In this document: one piece after another, positions 1 to 9,730 of the stretch
Position numbering within the stretch: position 1 is the first letter of the stretch
Layout of the letters: every line of letters starts with the position of its first letter
Source of the DNA: Azolla caroliniana
Taxonomy: Eukaryota > Plantae > Polypodiophyta
Direction: 5' to 3'
Length of the DNA stretch: 21,219 nucleotides
Assembly (NCBI GenBank): GCA_043228905.1
Contig: JBHGNT010000538.1
Coordinates: 1-21,219, forward strand
The notes under the pieces: generated by a model
What the model was told of the DNA's origin: nothing
Databases searched by the model: none
The model's input: only the letters and a program-made list of their open reading frames with translations
Translations under genes and position numbers: made by a program

Positions 1-7
1 GCAGACT

Positions 8-2120
8 TTGCAAGACAGTAAATTGGAATTTCCTTTGCCATACCGTACTCGTTCAAGTTATCATAGTGCTTCTTTTGCATCAGATTGTTATGCTATGGCT
101 GCCTCTAGTCTTTGCTATGAGAATGAGCCTGTTTCTTTTGATGAGGCACAAAATTCAGAAAATTGGATGGCTGCTATGCAATCAGAATATGATGCTATTA
201 TGAAGACTGGCACATGGTCTTTATGTGACTTGCCTCCTGGCAAGAAGGCTATTGGCACTAAGTGGATATATAAGCTAAAGCGTAAACCTGATGGAACAAT
301 TGACAGGTATAAGGCTAGGCTTGTTGCGAAAGGTTATGCCCAAGAAAAAGGCATTGATTTTGATGAGACCTTTGCAGGCACCTGTCGAATGACTACTGTT
401 CGTAGCATCTGTGCAATTGCAGCCCATCGTGGTTGGAATGTACATCAGTTGGACATTAAAACAGCATTTCTAAATGGTGATCTTCATGAGGAAGTGTATG
501 TATCCCAGCCCCGTGGTTTTGTGCAGAAAGAGCATGAACACAAAGTGTGCAGGTTGATAAAGGCATTATATGGCTTGAAGCAAGCACCACGTTCTTGGTA
601 TGAAAAGATACATGCCTATTTGATTGCATTTGGGTTTGAGAATAGTCCAACTGAAAGCACCTTATATGTTAAGCGTGCTGATGATGTATTTCTGATCATG
701 GTTGTGTATGCCGATGATATGTTGCTCACTGGTCCCAATGAGAAGCATATTGCTGATTTTAAGGCTGATTTGCATGCCTCCTTTGAGATGTCAGATTTGG
801 GGAATTTGCATCATTATTTGGGCATTCAATTTATGCAAGTTGATGGTAGAACAGCTTTGTGTCAATCAAAATACATTTGACACATTATTGCAGCATTTTG
901 GCCTTGAAGACTGTAAACCTATTGCCACTCCCATGGAGACAGGTTTACATTTGAGCCTTCATGATGCTGGAGATGCATTTGATGTTGTTCTCTATCAGCA
1001 AGCAATTGGATGCTTGATTTACTTATGCATAACCCGACCTGATATTCAGTTTGTTGTCTCTCAGATGAGCAGGTTTATGAATTGCCCAAGAGTTAAGCAT
1101 TGGCAGGCAGTTAAGCGCATCTTTTCCTACTTGAGTGGTACCCGATCACTTGGGTTGTTTTATCCCAAGGGGGGAACACTACTGCCAGACCTGCATGCTT
1201 TTTCTGACTCTGATAGGGCTGGTTGTTATGACACTCGTGTGTCCACAAGTGGTTTTTGCTTCATCCTTGGTAGCTCATGCATATCTTGGTTGAGCAAGAA
1301 GCAGCCTACTGTGGCCACTTCTAGTTGTAAGGCTGAGTATAGGGCAGCTTACACAGCTACAGTTGAGTGTGTGTGGCTCAGACGCCTTTTAGCTGATTTG
1401 GGTGTTGGTCAGTCTTCTGCCACCACCATCTTCACTCATAGTCAAAGCGCAATGGCAGTTGCGAGGAACCCTGTGTTCCATGCTCGCACTAAGCACATTG
1501 AGGTACATTATCACTATGTCAGGGAAAGGTTCTCCGCTGGAGAGATCAGTTTGGCTTATGTGCGCACGCAAGAAAACTGTTGAGAATCAAGCTCAACTTG
1601 TGTGAACATGTGCTTATGAAGAAAAGGACGATGTGTGAAAAAGTGTGTGAGCACACTTTATTGTAATCCGTGTAGTTGTCGAGTGTTAGTGTGGTCAAAG
1701 AATATTAGATATTCTTATGACAAAATCGTACTCAAGTGGATATCTTCGTTAGATTCCACCAACACATTTAATAGGGCAGTCCCTTGAGGACTTGTATATA
1801 AAACCCCCTTTGGCCATTTAGTTTAGTTGATGATCTTTAGATAATTAATATAGCTCTCTTAAGTGCATAAGTTGTCATACCCCTACTGTGTGTTTTCTTA
1901 TTTTTCTGGTTATTCTCTGTAATTCCTTCTCTTGCTTATACATTCACTCTCTCTTTCTCACACACACACTACGCTTCTGAATACTAAACTCTACTAGAGT
2001 TAGGTTCTTTACAAGAACATTGCAAACCTCTTCACAAAGGCTCTGCCTAGGGAGAAGTTTGAAGCTTTCCGCAAAGCTTTAGGCCTAATCCCATTTGTGG
2101 ATTCATCTCTATCCACATAG
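8..2120 (+). pseudogene. Disrupted copia pol (reverse transcriptase + RNase H)
   Basis: ORFs 8-880 and 702-1583 are joined by a frameshift near 877. YVDD reads YADD, DSDWAG reads DSDRAG and DSQSA reads HSQSA. The RNase H tail (ENIANLFTKALPREKFEAFRKALGL) resumes at about 2014 after the insertion; stop at 2118-2120. Confidence 0.92.
1578..2013 (+). mobile_element. Solo LTR (436 bp) nested in the copia-1 RNase H
   Basis: TGTTGAGAATC...GGTTCTTTACA termini (8/11 inverted match); near-TSD aaaac (1573-1577) / agaac (2014-2018); TATATAAAA at 1795-1803; removing it restores the QENIA reading frame. Confidence 0.9.
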
Positions 2121-2173
2121 CTTGGCACTTGTTTAACCATGAGTGTCACTTCCTTGTTCACCGCATCACTCCC

Positions 2174-2183
2174 AAGGGGGATT
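2174..2183 (+). promoter_or_regulatory. Polypurine tract of copia-1
   Basis: AAGGGGGA(tt) immediately before the TG of the 3' LTR at 2184, about 55 bp after the pol stop. Confidence 0.8.
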
Positions 2184-2200
2184 TGTTGACATATTTTGGT

Positions 2201-2331
2201 AGTGATGTGTGTGAACACACTTAGGACAGTGATGTGTGAACACACTTAGGATAGTGATGTGTGTGAACACATTTAGGACAGTAATGTGTGAACACACTTA
2301 GGACAATGATGTGTGTGAACACACTTAGGAC
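2201..2331. repeat. Tandem minisatellite in the copia-1 3' LTR U3: five units alternating 27/25 bp (52-bp higher-order unit)
   Basis: agtgatgtgt(gt)gaacacacttaggac starting at 2201, 2228, 2253, 2280 and 2305. Confidence 0.95.
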
Positions 2332-3503
2332 TACAGGGCATTTTTTCCCTCTTTAGGAGGTTTTTTCCCCGTCTAAAAATATTCTTACAACCCTAAAGTG
2401 GTGTAGCTTTTTGGGATTCAAAGCAAGAACCCAACATTTAATATACATACTTTCTGTTTTTACTAGCATAATAGCTGTTATTCATATGTCGCGCATCATA
2501 AACATGCAAGGATTGTGTATGACATTGTGATCAGTGTGCATGGATTAAGTGAAGCCAATTCTGAACAAGGAATTTGACAGATTTAATCAAGATAAACATG
2601 AGAGGAAGTGACTGAACATATTGATGTAAGTTTGAAACAGGCTCACATACATCATGCTAAAACCTCCGCCAAGACATTCAAATGAAGCAGCGCATGAGTT
2701 CTATTGTCTATTTACTAGTGGATCAGATATTTGAACCTGGGGAAATGCAAAGGCCTAGTGGTCTGGTTGTTGGAAAGGTGCAGGAGCCATAACTACTCAT
2801 TTTGTGATCATTTTATTATAGTGCTGTCCAGATTGTCAACCATGCAGCGTGGAGCGCATGTGGTAGGGATTGAATAGTTCACAACTGTTGCCACTCATGC
2901 TGACGGTGGGAACCAATACTGAGTGTTCCCTCGAACCACCTTAAGTCTCCGTGAGAATCATTGGTACTAGCCAGACCACATTACTTCATTTTCCACATTG
3001 TTCCTCAATTATTCCCTTGATGAACACATCTGTCTTCATACGATGAGCAGGAAAGTCAACTGGGCTAGACACTTGTGATTGTTGCCGTACTCCCTTAGTT
3101 CTATGTCTAAAGGTGTGGCGTACTTGATTGTGCACAGGGAGCATGAATTGGTGGCTACACTTGTGCCAACCTTGTGCAGCATTCCATACTAAATTGTGAT
3201 TCTTAAGGGACCTTCAACCATTACTCTCTGAATATTGACCCACTCAGATGTTTTCTTGTGCCTTGTGTACAGGATCACCCAAGTTGTAGAGTTAAATAGA
3301 GGCCTAGTCACATCCTTTACTCCACTCATTTCCTTGGGTATTTGATAGGCTCATGAAGAAATTTTTGGATCTCATGTGGTGGCGGCATGGATTGGTGGAT
3401 GTTGTACGTGATTGCCCTCATACCAAAAACTCGGGTGCAAGACCGTCCGATATTGGAACATGAACTAGTGAGCTCGATGAAATTATACACTGTCATAACA
3501 CCA

Positions 3504-3770
3504 CCAATCTTGGCCTAGGATAAGAACTTCAAGGAGAGCATTGGGTGGCATAATTCAGGCACTGACCATTGACTCATTTGAATTTCACATCTGCGTTAAA
3601 AAACACAAGTCATAGGAACTGACCGGGTTAATTGGTCATCATTGGCTATGAGCTCGGGATCCTAAAAGCTCTTGTAGAATATCACTCCAATGCTTACCAA
3701 GGTAATGACATCTTAGTGACCCATTTAACATGGTACATTCAATGGCCCTATTGTTTGGGGTGTCTAGCAA
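3504..3770 (-). pseudogene. Possible decayed gypsy-type aspartic protease remnant
   Basis: LLDT (3770-3759) and ILGQDW (3521-3504) about 83 codons apart, matching retropepsin DTG...ILGxDW spacing, but not in one open frame. Confidence 0.3.
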
Positions 3771-3992
3771 TGTTAGGAAGACATAATGTGGTACTCGTAT
3801 GCTTTTGGAGTTATTGGGTCTACATCCAGAGCATGAACACTGAAACAATCTACAACCCCACCATCTTCATCACAACACTTAGCGCCAATAGGATACATGC
3901 TATCCATAGTGGTAAGCGTTTGGATCCAATTAATCGTGGATGAGGCTTCCTAAGGATTTAGTGCCTTTGGGTCCATCATCCATGTGGGTGGG

Positions 3993-4459
3993 TGTTACGA
4001 GCATAACCATAACTTATTCTGTTATAGTTAAACCGTAGTTTTCTACACACGAAGATAAGAGCATTGATCTAGAAATACTCTCTAGTCACATACCTCTAGA
4101 AAGTTCTAGAACTAGAAGCTTCTCGAGGATTCTAGAGTATTCTCCAAAATATGTATTCTAATGCATGTACTTCAGCTCACAGTACAAATACTTATAACCT
4201 CCTTGGTCCCTTTCAAGGAATTCAAAGCCAGTCACTGACATATTAATCTAGTTTCCTCGTTTCATAGTATTGTCTCCTTGATCTTCATATTTGTCTTCAT
4301 GCTCTCCAGTTAACCCTAGCTTCCTAAGTTCATAGTCTCATCACTCAAAGCTTCTACAGTTCTTAGCCTCGTCACTTCCAGTTCCACGTTCATAGCCTTA
4401 TCAGTCGTACTCTTGTCATCCGTGCTCCGTCGTAGTCCATGGTTGGTGTGTCCGTGACA
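3993..4459 (+). mobile_element. Ty3/gypsy-type LTR (467 bp; solo or 3' LTR)
   Basis: TGTTACG...CGTGACA termini (6/7 inverted); TATA-like tacaaata at 4183-4190; pyrimidine-rich R/U5-like part. Flanks gtggg / gtaga are either a decayed TSD or a PPT-like tract on the left. Confidence 0.72.
4098..4143. promoter_or_regulatory. Heat-shock element (nGAAn) array in the LTR U3
   Basis: Perfect aGAAagTTCtaGAAc (4098-4112), followed by in-phase GAAgcTTCtcGAGgaTTCtaGAGtaTTC (4115-4142). Confidence 0.65.
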
Positions 4460-5327
4460 GTAGATCTCTAATTGTTCATCATCGTCACCTTGACATGTTA
4501 TTCTTGAGTCAATGGTTGGCTAGTGCAGAAATTTCACTCTTTTTGTTGATTCTAATGAGGTACAATTGCTTTTGAGCAACTTTGCTTCATTGAATACAAC
4601 ATCACGACTTCCGATTACTTTTCGGAGATGAGGTAACCAAATTTTATAACCCATCTCATCTTCTGCACTACAATTTGTAAAGCCTCTCACCAAAATGCAT
4701 TAGGGAGATTAGTTGTTGAAAGCATACATCGAACCCTTTCACATAATGTCCTATTGTATCGTTCATCTATGTTTCAGGCATCGTCATGAGTAAGAAGATT
4801 GCCTTCATTTTGTCGTCGAAGATTTGCAATCCTACATCTTGAAGTTGATTGCGTAGACCATTGAATGTGGAAGTCTGTTGGCATCTTCACGTCGTGCAGT
4901 GATGAGCCTTCTCATCAAGTGAACTCAATTCACTGTAATGGTTGTGAGTCGTACATAGTCTTCAGTTTGCCCCATACCTCATGACTACTAGTCAGCCCCT
5001 TGATATTTCCTAAAACTTCATCTGATACTGCCATGTAAATGTGGGCAATTGCCTTACGACTGAGTAGTTTCCAAGTCCCATCATCCACACCAGCTGATTT
5101 GTTTTCCTCCAATGCTTCTGCACATCCTTGTAAGTAAAGTGTGCTTTCCATTCTAACCTTCCATGAGTCGAATCCAGTGCCATCAAATTTCCTGAATTCT
5201 ACCCCTACATTGGCCGATGTATTTGCCATGGTGAAAGAAGGAATACAGAACAGACACAAAAAACAAAATTCCCACTTATTCAAAGTCGAGACTAAGAAAT
5301 GGAGATCCTGAGAGGATGCAATGCTCA

Positions 5328-5338
5328 CTCTGATACCA
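5328..5338 (-). promoter_or_regulatory. Primer-binding site, tRNA-iMet type (copia-2)
   Basis: TGGTATCAGAG on the minus strand, 2 nt from the LTR end. Confidence 0.9.
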
Positions 5339-5340
5339 GT

Positions 5341-5809
5341 TGTAAGGGAGTAGAAGATAGAATGACAATCTTCTGAAATATCCAAAGGCAGATACAAAAA
5401 CTAAAAACATTATGCGGTTTAACATATAGGAGGGATTGAAGAAGTAGATGCAGTTCTGCAAAACAAAAGGCTACCGCTTAAAAGAATATACAAGGTAGGA
5501 CTGCACACACGCACACACATATATGTGTGTGTGTGTGTGTGTGCTATCCAAGATACATAGAACATGCTCTTAGAAGAAGAGCTTTAAATGTTGATATGAC
5601 AGCTAAGTCATGGCCTCATAAATACCTATTTAATGCTGAGTGGAGTCTAGTACAAGGATCCCATTCAAACTACAAAATATTCTTTTAGAAGTTGTAGTAC
5701 AGCTCTGAAAACGAGACCGTAGAACTTTGACAAAAATAGAAAATATTAAATAATATAAACTCTTTTTCTAGTTTAGTTAGAGAAAGCTAAAGGGCCTTTA
5801 ATCCCAACA
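5341..5809 (-). repeat. 5' LTR of copia-2 (about 469 bp)
   Basis: Minus strand begins TGTTGGGA and ends CTCCCTTACA next to the PBS. Confidence 0.78.
5503..5544. repeat. (CA)n-TATA-(TG)n palindromic microsatellite within the copia-2 LTR
   Basis: gcacacacgcacacacatatatgtgtgt...gtgc; dyad centred at 5521/5522. Confidence 0.9.
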
Positions 5810-5979
5810 TATATAAGCATACCTGTATATACATAAATAAATATAGCTAAATGTGCATAATTGAACAAGCATACCCAAGTATCTGACATGGATGTTGCAA
5901 TTAGGCAAAAAAAACATCGCATTGATCACTATATAAAGCACCTTGAAAGCAGAAAAGTAGCAACAAAGAATTTCTTAAC

Positions 5980-6040
5980 TGTTTTCACCACCACGATGAA
6001 CACCTCCAATACCTCCTGTAACAAACACTTGAATACCAAC
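5980..6040 (-). CDS. PUMY: Pseudouridine-5'-phosphate glycosidase exon 6 (VGIQVFVTGGIGGVHRGGEN)
   Basis: PsuG/IndA motif TGGIGGVHR; cag| acceptor and |gttaag donor; phase consistent. Confidence 0.93.
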
Positions 6041-6118
6041 CTGTGCAAATACCATGCAGCAGAGAAACAAATCAAGCATCAATATATAACAAACCTGTTT
6101 AACATTTTCAGAATATAC

Positions 6119-6178
6119 CTTTGAAGCAAAAAACATAGTAGCTGAAACGGTAGTAGCACCATTCCCCTTTCTTGCAAC
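6119..6178 (-). CDS. PUMY: PUMY exon 5 (VARKGNGATTVSATMFFASK)
   Basis: Conserved GATTVSAT motif; tgcag| acceptor and |gtatat donor. Confidence 0.94.
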
Positions 6179-6668
6179 CTGCATAATAGACCAACTTTGA
6201 TTTCAAATGTACTAGTTAAGGTACAAATATTTACAACGGGAGGTGAGGCTAATCACATGACTTTAAGATGGAATCCACATTTTGAGTATACATATGCTGT
6301 ATAGAATATACATACAGATACATCCATATGTATCAATATGAAAACGTTTCTAACATATTCTTTGCAACAACTAAACAAAGGATTCAACACGATATAAATG
6401 ATAGCCCACAATCATGTAATAATAGTCGATCTCAATATGACACGAGCTAGTTTGAGATACATAACAGATTATCCAAATTTTTCATAGAGGAATATAATCT
6501 TCTGAAATCATTGACTAAAATTACGGCAGAGAGCCATAACATTTATATTACCATACATATGCTTCGGAGGAATTTCCCTGGATTCTTGAATATACATACA
6601 CACATTAATTTTCAATATGTCATTCCCATCTCCATTCCCTACCCATAGACAAGTAGAGATCTCTTTAA

Positions 6669-6880
6669 ATACATTTACGCTTCATAACTATTATGTTCAG
6701 TTAAATATCTTTCTCTTGTATAAATGACCTTGTTACGGAACGAAGTTTTCTGAATATTTGTACAATTTTCCCATCCCATAAGAATCATGTGAGTTTTCTA
6801 AATATTTGCATGATACATATACGTTTAATAACTATTATACTCAGTTGAATATCTTTGTCTTGCATAAATGACCTTGTTAC
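6669..6880. repeat. Old 68-bp direct duplication in PUMY intron 4
   Basis: 6669-6736 versus 6813-6880, 8 mismatches, 144-bp offset. Confidence 0.85.
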
Positions 6881-7184
6881 AGACTGCCAAAAGGGGACAC
6901 TTCCTCGCTCCACCAGTGAGTTTTATCTGTATCTGCTCACTTAGGAGCGCATTGGAGAGAGCTCCTCTTGTATCAAACCTTTTTTTCTGATCGTGCTTTG
7001 GCTCTTTGCTATAGTATAAATCCTTGTCTTCTCCATTGTGTTCTATATGTTAAATATATAAAGGTTGAGTATCCAAAACCCTGCAATGCCCTGGTAAGCC
7101 ACTGACGGTGTCAGCATCTATGGGGAGGAGGTATATGACCTGTTCTAAATACGGGAAAAATAGTGGAAGACACCCTGTACAAAA

Positions 7185-7346
7185 GATCCACTCAAAGTAT
7201 GCATGATCCAGCATAGTCAGCTTCACAATAGTCCTATTCATTTTCTCTACTACATTTTTTAAAGGTGAATTTGTGTTGGAGTTCTTGGGCTTCACAAAAG
7301 CAGATGAAAAGTTCTCACCCTCCCTATATATGTGAAGCTTCACCAA
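7185..7346 (-). pseudogene. Highly decayed copia integrase remnant in PUMY intron 4
   Basis: REGENFSSAF...PLKNVVEKMNRTIV...MLDHA resembles GGEFxSxxF...PQQNGVAERMNRTIV...ML. Confidence 0.55.
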
Positions 7347-7664
7347 CTATAAATCTGCTAGTCTCTGCATGACTTTCTGGGATAACAAAGAACTAAAGGC
7401 GCCATCTTTTTTTGTCTTCACCATGACTTCAAAATCTTGTAATGGCATCATATTTATACCCAAAACCTAATGGGGTTGAAACCATGACCTAATCAACCAC
7501 AAGATGACAACGGGTGGTATGCAAATAGATATAGTCTTATACAATCTGTTATGAATAATCTTCCTCATTTCCAACATAAATGCACAAGAAATTAAACTAA
7601 AATATTTGAAAACACTAATCAAACAAGATTAAGAAAGGCTAAAGTAAACTTATTTCCAACCTAC

Positions 7665-7747
7665 CACATGCGGAATATCTCTTCGTGCAGTTTTAGTGAA
7701 GTTTTTACCATTTTTGGCCAAATCTTCCAGCTCATTTGCAGATAATC
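7665..7747 (-). CDS. PUMY: PUMY exon 4 ((G)LSANELEDLAKNGKNFTKTARRDIPHV)
   Basis: Conserved KxxRRD motif; tag| acceptor and |gtaggt donor; phase 1 to 0. Confidence 0.93.
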
Positions 7748-7826
7748 CTAGCCAAATAATCAAAATGCAAAATAAATCTCAGGAGATGCTAAAAGAAAAC
7801 TTCAAAATAGAAGATTGTATGCTTAC

Positions 7827-7937
7827 CTATGCATGGAACGCCTCTAATTATAGCTATAGTTGCTGGAATTGCTCCATTTTGTCGGATGATGTCCTCAACT
7901 GCCAATGCAGTCTGAAGATTTTGAGGATATGGCATTC
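7827..7937 (-). CDS. PUMY: PUMY exon 3 ((G)[36 protein letters not shown](G))
   Basis: Conserved GMPYPQN and GAxPATIA motifs; cag| acceptor and |gtaagc donor. Confidence 0.95.
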
Positions 7938-8548
7938 CTGAGCATTAAGACCACAACACTTTTCTCAAAAAAATATTGAGTTGACCATCTTATGTGTGGA
8001 TGCCAATAAGAGAAACAATAATTTCTCACAGAATCTTGTGTCCACCATCATAGCAACTTTCTTTTTCCTTCTTTCTTTGTCTGAGTTTATCTAAGGTGCC
8101 AGATTTAGGTTTTTTCAGGAGTTCCTTAAAAATTGTAATGGCTCGCTCTCAAGAACTCCAGACAAGGGCAGAACCAGTGTTAATGACACTAGGCGTGCTC
8201 TTTTTCTCATCTACTCGACAACAGAGCCAGACTCGAATATCCAAACAAACAAACTTAGATTAAATTTTCCGCTTTGGCTTTCTCTTTTTTATTCAACTAT
8301 TTTAAAGTTCCCCACCTACAAGCAACCTGTGGCTGGGCAGGGTGTTTCGGAATAATTCATTGGCCCCATGAATCTCATCGCATGGGCACTAATATATAGG
8401 ACAATATTTGCTTCTACTTTATTTTATCTGTGCATAGGATGGATTTTATTTCGGTGCAAGCCTCATAGTGGCAATCTTTCTTCTTTCTTCTTTCTTATTT
8501 CACTGGATACATAGATATATAATTTTTTTTCTATCCTTTTCCACTTAC

Positions 8549-8642
8549 CATGTGTGATGATTGTTGATTCAAGAGCAACCACAGGAGATGATTCACAAAG
8601 AGCTCTGCGAACATTTGGTTCGATCTTAAACCCTAAACGATC
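8549..8642 (-). CDS. PUMY: PUMY exon 2 (DRLGFKIEPNVRRALCESSPVVALESTIITH(G))
   Basis: Signature VVALESTIIxHG; |gtaagt donor; aag| acceptor in phase 0 (acceptor less certain). Confidence 0.9.
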
Positions 8643-8753
8643 CTTCACAGGGAATATAAGTATAAATATCAGTGAATCACAATCTATGGAAAATTCAAGC
8701 TATATATACAGAGTGAGAGAGAGAGAGAGAGTGGGTGTGTTTGTGTGTAATAC

Positions 8754-8819
8754 TTCGAGCACGGAGCTTGTGAGGTGACTCTCAATAACTGCAATACGAG
8801 ATTTGATAGTATAATCCAT
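8754..8819 (-). CDS. PUMY: PUMY exon 1 (MDYTIKSRIAVIESHLTSSVLE) with PTS2 peroxisomal targeting signal
   Basis: ATG at 8819; RIAVIESHL fits R-[LIV]-x5-H-L; |gtatta donor in phase with exon 2. Confidence 0.8.
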
Positions 8820-8869
8820 GGCAATCAAATGGCTCCTGCGTACCGCGATCATACACACAGAGACAGACG

Positions 8870-8876
<7 letters not shown>

Positions 8877-8902
<26 letters not shown>
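8877..8902. repeat. (TA)13 microsatellite 58 bp upstream of the PUMY ATG
   Basis: Direct reading. Confidence 0.97.
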
Positions 8903-9032
8903 CACGCTCGTCACTAACTACCACCAAAAAATTTAAGATGGCAAGTGAGGCAATCACGGGCGTGGACGGTGCAGGTCGCACACCGTTGATGGGATCTCCA
9001 CCGTCCAATGTGGATAAAAAGCTGACACCGCT

Positions 9033-9160
9033 TGTCACTAGGAACCTGACTCTGTCACAAGGAGCCCCGTTGTCTGACAATCTCTGTAACTCGGAGCCCG
9101 ACTCTGTCAAAAGGAGCCTCATTGTCTTACAACCTCTGTCACCAGGAGCTCGCCCGACTC
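9033..9160. repeat. 52-bp tandem repeat, about 2.4 copies, in the PUMY upstream region
   Basis: Units start at 9033, 9085 and 9137; internal submotif ctctgtcaNNNggagcc twice per unit. Confidence 0.88.
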
Positions 9161-9233
9161 AAGCCAGGAATGATTAGAAAAACCCAATATATACTTACTT
9201 CAATAATGATTACAATAATGTACATAAGCTCAC

Positions 9234-9520
9234 CAGTTACTTTGACATCTTCAACAAATGGCCCCACGTCGTGTATGGGGTTCGTATCCATGTTCGAGTC
9301 ACTCATAGGCTTTTCAGTAATGATGTTTTTAGCGTCCATATCGTTGGATTTGGGGCACCTAGCACCCTTTCTTACAAAAACCCTAAACCATCATTCAAGT
9401 TAGCACACAAACATCACAATATATAGTTGAGAAATGATTCAAGCCATACCTCCCTTCATAGGGTATTGTTTCACCCCAATCCGCATCAAAGTCTATGAAG
9501 GTCTTGGACTGACGCGCCAT
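9234..9520 (-). other. Two putative spliced exons of unknown origin (9520-9450 and 9370-9234)
   Basis: cag|ATG...AG|gtatgg, a 79-nt intron with GCTAAC branch site about 30 nt before taag|, and a second exon ending G|gtgagc; the joined frame is open. Confidence 0.45.
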
Positions 9521-9730
9521 CTGTACAAACCACATGCCATCTTCAATAACCACCGATATGTCCATTGCATTCAAGTCTTCAAATTTCAAAATCCAAGCAC
9601 ACCAAGAAATCGTCAAATGCATGCAACAATTTTTTACGTGTATAGTTAAATAATTGGGAGGACACAAGTCCATATATAATAAGATCTGAAATATTCAATG
9701 GAGAAATGTGGAACATGCAAGGTGTCTCCA

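Larger units (their letters stand above)
1..2331 (+). mobile_element. Ty1/copia LTR retrotransposon (copia-1), 3' portion: RT, RNase H, PPT and start of the 3' LTR; right end undefined
   Basis: Copia RT motifs ([33 protein letters not shown]) and RNase H motifs (WLSKKQPTVATSS, ARTKHIEVHYHYVRE); purine tract at 2174-2181, then TGTTGAC at 2184. Confidence 0.93.
4460..5809 (-). mobile_element. Internally deleted Ty1/copia element (copia-2): 5' LTR, PBS, gag and integrase fragments
   Basis: Gag motifs (KFDGTGFDSWKVRMESTL, FNGLRNQLQDVG) fused to the end of the integrase core (ERYNRTLCERVRCML) and then to GYKIWLPHLRKVIGSRDVVFNE; LTR and tRNA-Met PBS present. Confidence 0.88.

Noticed and set aside
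2201-2331. CRISPR-like array of palindromic 25-27 bp repeats
   Set aside because: Units are head-to-tail with no unique spacers, there are no cas genes, and the context is a eukaryotic LTR.
5980-8819. Bacterial psuG acquired by recent transfer or contamination
   Set aside because: Spliceosomal introns and a PTS2 indicate an ordinary plant nuclear gene.
8912-8931. CACTA transposon terminus
   Set aside because: Only the 5-mer matches; no partner TIR or 3-bp TSD was found.
8700-9122. About 100-aa N-terminal extension of PUMY
   Set aside because: It runs through the (TA)13 tract and the 52-bp repeats; the ATG at 8819 places PTS2 at the N-terminus, as in homologues.
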